This document shows positions 36,009-48,788 of a DNA stretch of 64,000 nucleotides, in pieces (position 1 is the stretch's first letter; every line of letters begins with the position of its first letter). The notes below the pieces were generated by a model. It saw only the letters and a program-made list of their open reading frames with translations, made no database searches and was not told the origin of the DNA. A program made the position numbers and the translations under genes. The DNA comes from Vezdaea acicularis (lineage: Eukaryota): assembly GCA_026025075.1 (NCBI GenBank), contig JAPEUI010000076.1:1-64000 (forward strand), in the 5' to 3' direction.

Positions 36009-39000
36009 GTGGCTTTCGGTGGGGTGAGGTTTGGCATGTCTTTCTGGCGCTCCCCTTACGAGCGTGACGGCGGCATCTCCGTTCTGTCATCTCACGTCAC
36101 GACTTTTTCACATCTCTCTCATCAGCAACTCCCTTCTCGTCCCCTTTCTCTTCGGCCCCAATCGATACCCCATAGCCACGTCGGTAGAATACTCCGTGAA
36201 TAGAGAGAGGTAGAATAAACTCAAATACGAAGGTTCCTTGGAGTGAACGCGGGATGACGTTCTGAGTAGCGCGGTTCCTATAATTGTGAGATGGCGGCGG
36301 CACAGCAGGGCACTGTCGCACCAGACGATGAGGTCTCGGGGATACGGCTCGTGACGTCCCTTGCTGATTCAGCATCATAGATTGAGATTGAGACTGATTC
36401 TGATATCTATCCGAGCCGTTGGCCCCCGATTATACAGGGCTTGGCGGCGTGGAAAATGGATTAAAGGCTTGGCTCCTTGGGTAAAGGCTTGGCGGCTGCG
36501 CCAAGTCCTGAGGACAGGGCAGCCCGGTTTGGGCAGGGCCTTCCGTGGTTCTACTGGCAGACAGTGATTTGAGTTATCCCATGGCTTGGGAGGCGTGGAA
36601 AGTTTGTAGCAATTCGCGAATGGGAAAAGGGGAGAGGGACGGATCACGCCCCTCGGATAATCTGCCGATACTCGTGGTTTGCTCCGCCGCTGAGGCAACA
36701 TGTAGGAAGCTGGCACAACGATTGACCCCTCCGCGTGGGGCGACATGTCCGTTTGGCCCCAAACCCTAATTAGGGTTTCCGGTTACCACGGGCCCGTTGT
36801 CACAGAATCATCGGGGGGGGACGATTTAGAGGGTTTGCGGGTTGGAGGAGCCAAGACGAGCTATAGGTGAGCAATCAAGTTGGAAAGCTGAAGGTGAGCT
36901 ATTGACCAATAAGCATGTTAAAGATTCTTGACCGGCCTGCTCCGACTTCGAAAGATGCCTGGTAGTGTACGAGTGGTTTGGAGCTAGACTATTATGCTTT
37001 TTCTAGTGTCCTTGTCAATGAACCAATTGAAATCGCCGGGTCGACCCTTCAACCAATTCTCATTGGCTTACTCTAAAGCCGCTACAAGAAGTTCTGCTTC
37101 ACTTGTAGGAGCGGTGAGGTACCAGCACGCACCAAGACGGCACAGCAGAAGATGCATCTCTGCACTGATTGCTGGAACGGGAATGGCCATTCTTCTTTGT
37201 TGATCAATTGCCCCAGCGATGCAAGTCTCAGGAACGCCGTCGATGGCACGAGCATCTGCCAGGGACTCATATAGAGTGGCAACTGATATGATATCGGTAC
37301 CTGCTCATTCGTGGAAGAAAGCCATCTTGGTATAGGCCAGGACACGGGGCTGAAGTCTCGAGCTTGCAGGTGATATGTGGAGAGGCGAGAAGGAGGGCTT
37401 CATCCGGTTCTGAAGGGCGAGCAGAAACACCGGATCCTCGACGGACAGGTACGATCGCCGCACTCTTTGGGCTTTCGGATCTTCTTTTCAGCTTGCGATG
37501 GAATATGGTTGGAGGATGCGTCGCTTCGAGTCAGGTTTAGCCGACGATCGTAGCCGTTCGTGGAGTCTGGACCCTGGCCTAAATACGCGAGGGCTATTTT
37601 CGGCGCCTTCGAGACGTAGATCATGGAAGACTGACTTTCCGTGAATGACTGCCAAAACGAACCACGAATGGCGGCAAGATGATCTTCCGTTCCTCGGTGG
37701 AAAATTCCAAGTTCGAGGCCGAAATTCTATTCCGGGATATCTAAGGTACGGCCTGGTGGCCACCTAGTGCCATTGGATCATAGCGGTGAGGGGAGAGATA
37801 CGAAGCCGATGACTGAAGCACGAAGAATAGAGCGAGGCGGCCGATAGCCTTCAACAGCAGAAGTTCGATGAGGCTATCCGAGAGACGTATCCTACGCCCG
37901 ACTCTTGCAGCTCTGGGCAAGTTTCATGATTATCGATTTGCTGGAATACTGGCCGCCAATGGTCGTGTGGTTGTAGACGCTGTCGCGTGGCAAATCGTGT
38001 CGAGCCACGCTAGTGGATTATCTGGATGGCACTGACGGCGAAACAATTTGCGGCGGAGAACTTGTTTTCATTCCCCACACCTTGAGATGCTGGCATCCCA
38101 TGGTCATTGCGAAATCGGTGCCGTGGTTATGTATGGATTGAACAATTTGGCCTGCGCCTTACGGGCGGATGGCGTGGTACCTCATACTACCACAATTGCC
38201 GGCCCTCGTCCATTGTCGATCAAGCCACAGTGACATCCTGGGCGGCACATGCCGTATCGGTCATCGTCATAGCTAGCTATGCCATACATGAACGAGCTAC
38301 TGTTACTAAGGGTGAAGCCTCAGCCCTGGTGACGGCAGATGGATGAAGTCAATCGCCACGAAACCCACCGTTCATGCCTCACTTAGGGCAAGAGGGCTGA
38401 AGGGTGGATTTCCTGGCGTGTTGGACTGACCACCAGCCATCTGTTGATATTCTCCTCGAGGCGGGCACAGTACAGCACAACGTATCAATAATGTCTGGTC
38501 TCAATCTTGCAAAGTATCTCTTTGGTTCTCTTTAGCTTCAATTGCATCATGCGATGTGCTGTTCGCATTTCCCACGTACCTTACGAGGGAATGTTTCACT
38601 TCCTGAAGCATTTGATAGGACTGGCGTGAACGTTTGGGCGCCAGCCATGGAGCTGAACAGGGGTCTTTGTACACCCTGCATTGACCAGACCCAACATGGC
38701 CGCACCCGGACCTGTCACGTCTGTCACGTCAGTCACGGCCTACGGCTAGTGCCTGGCCGTTACTCCTGCGCTTCCTAGAGCGGAAAGGTCTGACCGATGC
38801 AGGTCAGTGGCGATCTTTCTAAACTTACCAATGCACCGGTCGAGCACGATTTGAACACCCTTGGAAACGGGTGGGAGACATTATTACTTCATCAAACTAC
38901 CTGGGTTATATCAGAGCAGGTACCTTGGACATTTGTCCGGTCCGGTCTATCAACATTCGTTTTGTTTTACACTTTTCTATCACACTCGCTCTACCACACT

Positions 39001-39282
39001 CGCTTTGCAATCCCTCCCTGTCTGCACGTTCAAGGCGTACGACGTTCATCTATCTCTCTTTGCCAATTTAATACGACCCCAAGCCCTCGCCACTTCGACC
39101 ACGTTCCTCAGCCGCATATCAGCCATCATTCCCTTTGAACGCGCGTGTGGTTACAAAGGGAAGATCGAACAACGAAAACGCTAGCATCGTGTGACGCGAC
39201 ACTTTTCCATGGCATAAGGCCATACTATTTCGCTGATCTGCCCTTGATAACAATTATTATTTTCACCTAAACATATATCCAG

Positions 39283-41586
39283 ATGATTGAAGATCAATCT
39301 TTCTCCTCTCCAAGCTCTTGGTCTGAGTCTTGGTCCGACAGTCAGTCTCTGCCGCTGTATCAATCTCCTTCGTTGTCTCCTAGAAGCCTACCACCCTATC
39401 CGACGCCTCGTATGACACCGTCGTCCCCCAAATTTCACACACGCTGGACACCACCCCAGGTCGTGGGCGTTAATGAGTTAGCTGGATCCATCAATAATTC
39501 TCAGCCCCCCCGCCAAATTCGGTTTGTGGCTAATGACGGGCAACCGCATGCAAAGAGGCGACGGATCACAGCAGCGTATGTATTTTCTTTTCCATTCTAC
39601 TACGGATTGGGATAGGAAAATATCCTCTCTACTTTTCATAAACCTTAATTGGGCAAATTTTCCATACTGATGGCCTTGATTGCTAACGTGGGTTTGTAGA
39701 TGTAAAACCTGTCGCAAACGAAAGACTAGATGTAGTGGTGAGAAGTGAGTAGCTCTAACTTTAGCATTCCAATATAGACTAGAAAATAGTACTGACAATG
39801 CCTTTCGAATATTTAGGCCTGAATGTTCCACTTGCCGGAATATTGGACAAAAGTGTCTTGGATATGCCGAGTCTGCTAGTGTTTCTTCGAGAGCCAACTC
39901 CATCGACGTATTGAAAAGAGAAGAAGTGGACCAACAGGAATCGACCTCGATTCATCACGCCTCTCCCCCTGAATTCATCCCACCGACGCCAAGCAGCTTC
40001 ACGGGCAAGAGACCATCCGTAGACATTGCGCGCGGAAGATCAAGTGTTATCGACTCTCATTCTAGAGCCTCTTCACGATCCCATGCGTCCTCATACGGCA
40101 ACTATGGGGGAGCCCCTATGTCATCTATCCAACAGAAATCTGGCCTAGGCTCACTACCATATGAGATTCCGAGTCCATCGTCTAGCAGTGAGTGAACATG
40201 CTTCAAGTAGGAGTGACAAAAACTAAGCAAGCAAAAAGCCATAGCACGAGAGACTAAATCAAATGACACTCATACCCGAAGGCAACGCCAGGTGAATACT
40301 TATAGTGAGTGCATAGTTGCGTCAATTTTTTGACTTTGACTGACTGAAGGCTAGTACCTCCGTCTTTCTCTGAAGATCGGTATCTTCCCAATGCGCCTAT
40401 TCCATCGAAGGGCGCAGCCCTGAGCGAAGCACCGACTCATATAGGGATCCCATTCTATGATCAGAATGATGCAAAACCCAACAGCCGTCTCGTGACACAT
40501 CTTGTGCATTCATTTTTCGCAAACAAGAGCAGCAACTATCCGTTCCTCCAGCAAGACAGCTTCATCAGAGACGTAGACGAGAAGCTCGCAGAAAGTATCC
40601 TAGTCGACGCTGTGTGCAGCGTGTCTGCAAATTCTTTGAGGCATCCGTTGTCTACAAATGCGCATTCACGGAACCAAAGGGCGATAGATCGCAGAGGAGA
40701 CTTGAGGTTCTCAAATCCAGTCTACGCTTCTTTCTTCACCCGGAGAGTAACTAGTGCGCTGACTGATCCCTCTACTCCCCCAAGCGCTGCAGCGGTGCAT
40801 GCTTGCCTGCTGCTAGCCTATCAAGAATTTGGTAACGATCTCGATGGCGACATATGGATGTATCTGGGAGCAGCAATCCGGATCGCTCAAGAGCTTGGTC
40901 AACAAGGCCGCAAGGGAGAGTATAACGGTCTCGACGAGATCATCTTACAATCTTCGAAGGAGCTTCTGAGTAAGCATGGGCCTACACTTGTGAGCACGTA
41001 CCCGGACGAATCCATTATCGCACAGGACGAAGCTCTTGAATTTGAGGAACAAAACGCAGCTAGACGACGGCCATCAAAAGCGAGTACATTCCCGCAGTAC
41101 ACCACGTCATCGGATTTTCCCGGTCACGCCACGCATTCACAACCAGCTATGTCTGCGAACCAGTCAATAGCCAGCTTTGACTCCTTTAACCCGCCAGCTT
41201 CCGAAGCAGAAATGTTACTTTACCTGCAGGCATCATATGCGAGCTCTACTGGTGTAAATAACGCGTCCCTTGAGGCATATCAAACGGACACGACACCACA
41301 GACTGCACAGCTGCAAAATCAATCTTCGGACTATTCTCATCATCTTGGCTTCCCGACCTTCAACCAGGGTCAAGGAAACTACACCTTCATACCAGGCGAC
41401 GGGGGCAACAGCGTTGACGCTATGCCCCCCTTTACTAACGCTACCACCGTCAGTGGAATGCCCTGGTTCCAATATCCATCGGAACATGCATCAAACAGCT
41501 TCAGTAACGGTAGCGTTCATCTTTATCAGACCGATGATGGAGAGGTCTTCGCTACGCCAAGACCAACTACAACATCTGGCCGTTAA
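39283..41586 (+). CDS. Zn(II)2Cys6 transcription factor with apparently truncated fungal-specific TF domain
   Basis: IRFVANDGQPHAKRRRITAA|CKTCRKRKTRCSGEK|PECSTCRNIGQKCLGY, then YPFL, ACLLLAY and WMYLGAAIRIAQELG, followed by a low-complexity tail. Confidence 0.8.
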
Positions 41587-42406
41587 GTGAGGCAGATGTG
41601 GAAGCATCATTTAGGAGGGCTATATGCTCTCCTGTCCTCTCTCAACCATATATCTCAAACTACGACATTTTCTTCGTCTTAGCCAGTCCATTAGCGTTTC
41701 GCATCTTACGAACTTCACGAGCTCCAGAGGAGCCATAATGATTCTGATACAGATTTTCATTCTATTACACCTAACCGCCCCCCCGACCTACTATCTACTT
41801 CACAGAACTAAGCAATCTTTACACAATATCTCCGTTTAATTCATTATTCGTATGGGCGCGTAGTGCCACCCACGAACCGACGATCCAACCTCGCCGGTGG
41901 TATGTTAATGAGATATACACACTTCTATCTGGGAACGGTGGACGCGTGAACGATAGACGACCGGTTCGTGAAGCGTAATACCGAGCTGGAAAGCGAGATG
42001 GCGAATAAGCCAGCAATATACCCCCCCCCCCCTTTAGCATAATATTAGCAAAGAACACTGGCATCATTTGCCTCAATGAAAGAATCTTAATCTGTTTTCG
42101 CTGGAAGCGTGAATATCCACCTCCCCCTTTGAAATCGTCCGTGATTGGTTAGGCACTGTGCAGGGGGCGGGCTCACGCACACGCGTGAGCAGCGCTACCG
42201 CTATAACACCTGACTAGCAGTAAGGGCCGGTTTCTATTTTGGGACATGCCGCCTGGAAGTTATAGTTGCACCGTGGCAGGGATGATGGGGCTTGAGGTTA
42301 AGGTTATCAATCACGTCAGAATCACCTACGTTAAGATTGGAACAAGGTCACGTCATGAGCTCGCCAGGAACGTGATGAACTGTGTTACGGGAGAGCTCCT
42401 GGCATA

Positions 42407-42967
42407 CAGTGGGGGGGACAAAAGTCTGAATACACCTTGGCCTCGCTTCACGCGCCGAAGTGTATTCAGACTTCTTGGCCCCCTTGTAACAAAGCCACCG
42501 ACCTCCTGAGCTAGGATCTCAACTCAGATGTCTCCTTTGTGTTTGTTCTTAGGATCAAAGAACAAAGCCTATAGTTCCAAGAGAACTAGTCACCCTAAGA
42601 TCTTCTACTAGCCTCCACTCCACCTGGAAGCATGTCACGCACTAAAAGAGGTGCCAAACGGCCCCCAGTGCCAGTTCTAGCAACAAGAGCAGCCACTAAT
42701 ATAAAAAGGGGGTACGTTGTCAATGTTAAGTACATCTCATAGATCTTCTAACGTTCCTCACTAGCCTCCGCTGCTAAGGACATTATAGTTATGAAATGCG
42801 TTACACATATGGATTTTAAGCATTATATGTGAACGAAAAAGTATTGGAAGGTTAGCTTCCTTCTTCGCTTTCTCATCTTTCGTATAGTGGGGGGGGGAGA
42901 GATGTCTGAATATACTACGGCGCGTGAAGCGAGGCCAAGGTGTATTCAGACTTTTGCCCCCCCACTG
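42407..42967. mobile_element. Non-autonomous Tc1/mariner (impala/mimp-like) element, 561 bp
   Basis: TA|CAGTGGGGGGGACAAAAGTCTGAATACACC...GGTGTATTCAGACTTTTGCCCCCCCACTG|TA. About 65-bp terminal inverted repeats (1 indel, 2 substitutions), TA target duplication, no transposase. Confidence 0.9.
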
Positions 42968-43331
42968 TATGTATCTGTTACTACATAGGCTGGCTTGGCT
43001 TGACTTGACGCTGTCGCAAGTTCATTGATGGCGGTTTGTAGGTGTGGAGCGGTTCACTGGCTGGTGGGCTTGGAGAGCGCTGGGGTATTGGAGTGGGATT
43101 TTTGTTGTGGTGAGATTATGTGTTTGTTCAGTGTCGCGTTGGACTATCCTAGTTTACTAGATTCGAATCCTCCAAACCCGCAGGTGTTAGACATGTTAAA
43201 TTCCTCGTTCCACCCATATCTCGTTTCATCATGATAGCAAGCCACCTCAGCTCCCTTCAAGAGCCGAATCCATGAGACAGGGAATGGTCAAGTAACCAAG
43301 GTTCTCGGAAACTGCCACCTCACAGCTCCCG

Positions 43332-44422
43332 TCATACATGCTGGGTTTCTTCCCCTCGCCACGGTGCATCGGTCTCGCCTAGGCCGGAAGGGAGAACACG
43401 CGGACCCCGGCTGTTATCCGATTCTTCCTCATCCTCGCTCGGGTTATCAGTATATGACCTAACAGGAGCATCAATCAAGTGTGGCCTGCCTGCGTGAGTA
43501 AGGCCGGCAACGCCGCCTATTTGGCGATTGTAGCCGTGGACTTGGTGGTGTGGGCGCTCTTCGGCTTGGAAGTATTGGATTGCTAGCTTCGATTGGTGAG
43601 GAAGTGTCAGTAGATGCTTTCTTAGGACGACGGCTAGGTATGAAAAAGGGTGAGGAGAGCCACTTTCTCGAGCTGACAGGTACATAGGGAGAAGGACGAT
43701 GAAAGAATGGTTGTAGAAATACCTTTATGAAGAAGGTAGCTACGGCTACGAAGAGTAGCAGTGAAGCATTGAGCTTCATATCACTGGTCCAAGGACCAAC
43801 ACATGCAAGATCGCGCTCGAACATTTTGCGGCATTCGTCGGGTTTGTGTCTTGGGTGTCCTTGGTTCACCAATGGCCAAGCCCTATCGACGGCGCTGTTA
43901 AACCCGCAGCATTGTCTAGCGTCCTGGATACGCTTGATGACCTGGCTCCCTTCAACAAACATATGTTGCCATTGAGTCTCTAGGCGGCAGTGTGCAACGT
44001 CGTCGGGTGCAAGATACGTGATGGTGAGAGTAGCGACCACGATGGTATATATGAGGATGAGGACCTTGACGACAGGTATCACATAGTTTGGAATCACATA
44101 TGCTCCAGAGTTGGTCTTGGGCAGCATCCGATGAAGGCCTTCCAGGAATGGTACGCTTATTGAACTAACAACTGGTAGACAAGCAGTAAAACCTGCGAGG
44201 ACTGAGATTGGAAGCGAAAGGTATAATGCTTGTGTCCAAGCATAGCTGACGCGATGTAAGTGATGATCTTCTTGCATTCAGAGTAGAGAGTCATACATCG
44301 CGATAATGGTTAGTAGGGCAGTAGTCTATGCGATAGTCTTAGAAAACGCCGCGTAACCCATCCTCAAGGTAAGAGCGGCTCACCACGGCAGCTGCCATCA
44401 ACCAGAACAGTGTGTTCCTCAT
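43332..44422 (-). CDS. Tsp3-like fungal tetraspanin
   Basis: Four hydrophobic segments and an EC2 loop C.LETQWQHMF...IKRIQDARQCCGFNSAVDRAWP...C...C. Start MRNTLFWLMAAAV at 44422. The last exon boundary is tentative. Confidence 0.75.
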
Positions 44423-45048
44423 GATCGACAAAGTTTCACGAATCAAGGACGAGTTTGAGGAAGAGCATATGCTTTGACCCTTTGAGGCTTGTTTTGTCTT
44501 CACAAAGCTATCGATATTAAGTTGAAAGCTAACAGCATTTAGCGTACAGAATACTGGGTAAACCGAAAGGGAAACATGGGCGCTACAGACCACTACGTAT
44601 CATCGGCGGGGGTCGCTAAAGGGTTCTGGGTGTGATCGGGTTGGGAAAGGTGGGGTAACTAGGCTGCCGGTTGCGACGTCTGATTTCTGTTTAAGCTGCT
44701 CTTCTGAGCAAAACAACCAATGCAAGGGTTGCAGGACATTTTAAGGTTCTATCTATGCCCCGAGACATCTTTGCGACAGTACACTCTTTTACAGTCACTA
44801 AAGGCCTTTATTCTGCCGTTGTTTGGTCTCCTTGGCAGCCTACAGCATCTGACGTTGCAGGTCTGCCTTATCTGGCCAATCAGCGAGTGGGAGGAGTTAT
44901 TTCCTTGAATTGACGAGATTGCCCCACTTACGGACCCTTCTCTCTTTTACACACACGTTAGTTGTGTCTGTTCCCCCTCACTCTTTTTCATACAACGCCA
45001 GCATACGTTGCTGCTCTTATTTTTCAGTAAAGTTGTACGGCCTCTAAC

Positions 45049-48000
45049 ATGTCTGGACGCGGCCACCAGCGTGGTCAAAGCCAAGACCGTGGTCGGGGTC
45101 GGGGTCGTGGCTCCGATGGCGGCCGTGGAGATCGTGGAGGTGGTGGTCGAGGCGACTATCGTGGTGATCGCGGGGGTGGCCGAGGCGACTATCGTGGCGA
45201 CTATCGCGGCGACCGTGGAGGCGGACGAGGCGGCGGTCGTGGAGGGCCTCGTGGAGGCGGTTTCGCCGGAGGTGATGTGATGTTCAAGTAAGTACTTCGG
45301 TTTGTTTTGATCAGGAACTGACAAGTTCACTTCGAAGACCCACGAACGATCCTGCAGCCAAGCTGGACGAAAGAGTCACGAAGGCTGAAGACGCCAAGAT
45401 TGCCAACGCCAAAGGCACACTTAATCTGCAAGACCTGTCGTTGACAAAAATTCCCTTGCCACAAAGACCAGGATATGGAACCATGGGAACCCCAATTAAC
45501 CTTCGGACAAACTATTTCTCCTTACTTCCTTCCGCAAAACAGGTCTTATACCGATATAATGTCGAGATATCGCCCGAGGTTACCGTAAAACGCAAGAAAC
45601 GACAGATTCACTCCCTGCTGTTGAAAGCTGATTTCTGCGTGAACACTGGCAACTGTGTAGCAACCGACTACGGAGCTAATCTTGTATCCACCAAGAAACT
45701 GGACCTGGGGCCGGATGGAAGGAAGGAACTCCAAGTACTCTATCGAGATGAGGATGAGCTTGTCGCCAGGCCTAATGCGACGTCGTACACGATTAAAGTA
45801 CAATTGACCGGCACTATTGCAATTTCCGAGCTGCTTGCATACCTCGCTTCAACTGACACAACGTCGGCTTATGAGGCAAAAGAGGAGGCTATCCAAGCTT
45901 TGAATATTCTAATGTCAAAGCTTCCGAATGAGACTGCTGGTGTAGTTCCAGCCCCTGGAAATAAATATTTCCCCGTCACTGATCCAAATTTTTCATTCAA
46001 TCTTGGAGGAGGCCTGACAGCAATTCGAGGATTTTATGCGAGTGTCAGGACATCAACACTGCGTGTCCTATATAATGTCAACGTCTGTGCGTCACCTTTT
46101 TACAAGCCTGGTTCTCTGATGGATCTTATGACCGACTTCAGGAGTCAAAATCGCGGCCCCCTTTTGCCGATGCTGGACTCGTTCCTCAAGAAGCTTCGGG
46201 TAGAAACAAACTATCTCAAAGATAAGGAAGGGCGTCCGACCAAACGTGTAAAGACTATTCAAGGCTTGGCACGCCCTCCTAAAGTCAGTACATTTGGTGC
46301 CAGCGCCAATGAAGCTAGGTTTCAGTGTGATGAACTTGGGGGGATGGTAACTGTCAATGACTACTTTAAGCGAAGTAAGTCTCTATTATGCTCAATCAGT
46401 CCTTAGATAAGGTCTTGTTCGGTTGAACAGCAAGGCTGACTACCATCTAAGAGTATAAAATTATTCTCAAGGCGCCGCAAGCTCCTGTGATGAATGTCGG
46501 ATCGGCAGAGAAGCCAAGCTTTATTCCTGCGGAGTTATGCAGTGTTCTTGTCGGGCAAATGGCACGGAGGAAACTAAGCGAAGCGCAGACAGCAGAAATG
46601 ATCAAGTTTGCGTGTAAAAGGCCAGCAGATAATGCAAGACAGATCGTCGGCAGAGGCGCTGAGATTCTTGGTGTTAGTGGCGTCAACATGGCTACAATGG
46701 TATGAAGCTCCAAAGTATCCCTGCTTGTTTCTACAAAGATACCTGCTAATTCTCCTCTAGAAGAAGTTGGGTATCGATATTCAGGCGAAGATGCTCGTTG
46801 TGCCTGGCAGAATACTGGCTCCACCCCAGATTAGCTACAAATCTGGAATGGTAAGACCAGATAGCGGTAGTTGGAACATGATCAAGACCAAGTTCACGCA
46901 TGGAGTACCTATAAAGGATTGGTCTTTCCTGCAACTCGATGCAGGGCGTGACCCTTTTCAGGGCAACATAAAAGCTACTATAACTCAGTTTACCCGCACA
47001 ATGAACGATTGTGGGTTGCAAGTGGCACCGCCAAATCCCCCCGGCGGATACAGGGTCAGTGTCGGTCTTTTGCCTGCGGATGAGGATAAGAACACCCGGA
47101 ATCTCAAACAAATATTTGGTCAGATCAAACCTGGTCCTGCTAAGATGCTTCTTGTTGTCTTACCAAACACGAACGCCACTACGTATTCCTACGTGAAGTA
47201 CCTCGGCGATGTCGAGTACGGTATCCACACCGTTTGCGTAGTCGCAGACAAGCTGGGCAAAGAGAGAGGACAGTTGCAATACTTTGCGAATGTCGCTCTA
47301 AAGTTCAATCTCAAAAGGGGCGGGATCAACCAAGCACTTACGAACGATAAGTTAGGTATCTTAGCGGATGGAAAAACTATGGTCATTGGAATCGACGTAA
47401 CGCATCCAAGCCCTTCCAGCCTCAAAGATACACCGAGTATCGCTGGTGTCGTTGCTAGTATTGACGGCCGCTATGGGCAGTGGCCAGCAAGTATACGCAC
47501 CCAGGAAAGTCGAAAAGAAATGGTTTCAGGCCTCTCCGATATGGTGGCAGAGAGATTACGTGCCTGGCGCTCCAAGAATGGGGGTGCTTTGCCAACTAAG
47601 CTTCTTGTTTATCGCGACGGAGTGTCCGAAGGTCAGTATGATACTGTACTTCGCGATGAGCTGCCCAGCATTCAAGACGCTTGCAAAAAGCTTTATCCTG
47701 CAAACGCAGCTAAGCCTAAGATATCAATAATTATCGTCGGAAAACGTCATCATACTAGGTTCTACCCAATGCAAGAATCAGATGGTGACCGAAATGGGAA
47801 CCCAAAGAATGGGACTATTGTCGATCGAGGTATCACAGGTGAAAGACATTGGGACTTCTTCCTCCAGGCCCACACCGGCTTGCAGGGAACTGCACGACCC
47901 GCACACTACGTGGTCATTCGCGATGAGATCAATATTGGTGCTAATGCTCTTGAGCAACTGGTAAGTATAGTACCAATACCTCTCGCCTAATCTTTGATCA

Positions 48001-48241
48001 CAAGATAATGCTGACTTATTCATAGACACACAACCTTTGCTACACCTTCGGACGTGCGACAAAGGCGATTTCTATCTGTCCGCCCGCCTACTACGCTGAC
48101 CTTCTTTGCGAACGTGGCCGTTGCTACCTTCATGGTAGTCTCAACACCGATGCGGCAAGCAGTACTAGCAGCTTCAATCCGGAAGGAAAGTGGGCGCGTG
48201 GTGTTCACGCTAATCTGGCCGAGTCGATGTTTTACATCTGA
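45049..48241 (+). CDS. qde-2: Argonaute (QDE-2-like) with RGG N-terminus and N, PAZ, MID, PIWI domains
   Basis: RPGYGT.G..I.L.TNYF, GFYASVR, PAELCSV, ANVALKFNLK.GGIN, GIDVTHP, YRDGVSEGQ, VGKRHHTRF, QGTARPAHY, PPAYYADLLCER and terminal MFYI*. Four introns. Confidence 0.95.
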
Positions 48242-48788
48242 GGACAGTTGGGAAGCCCCCTCTTGGTCCTATTCTAGCAAGGCCTCTGGGTGCTTGAATG
48301 GATTTCGTTTGGTACGCGGCTGTGGAACGATCGTGCGACTTTATCCAACATTGTCTGAAGCTCGAGATGCGTCCATGCGTGCTTCTTGTTCTTTCGGGCA
48401 TATAGCGACGGGATACATGGGATGGCTGGGCTAGATTACATTTTCATGGCTGGCAGGACATGGGACTGATTGCAATAACTGGGAGGGATGGTATTGACGG
48501 CATAGTTGCGATTCTTCGTACGTGATGATAGTTGTTTTTTGATGAATGTGATTTTGTTCTTAGTTCGATGGTCTTACACACTTCTCTTGTCATTTGACGA
48601 TGTGAATGCCAAAAATTGTGACTTCACAAACAAAATTACAGAGGTACATTATAATTGTATCATCTAATTCAATTCGGCGCAGATACGGGACGGTCAAAAT
48701 CAAACCATCCAACCCAAAACCCATTATACCCCTGGACGCTACCTAGTTCTACCTCACAAAAGGTAAACCACCACCACAATCAGTCAAT

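Noticed and set aside
42407..48241. Functional Argonaute-MITE defence module
   Set aside because: Only proximity supports it. An unrelated tetraspanin gene lies between them, and no Dicer or RdRP is in the window.
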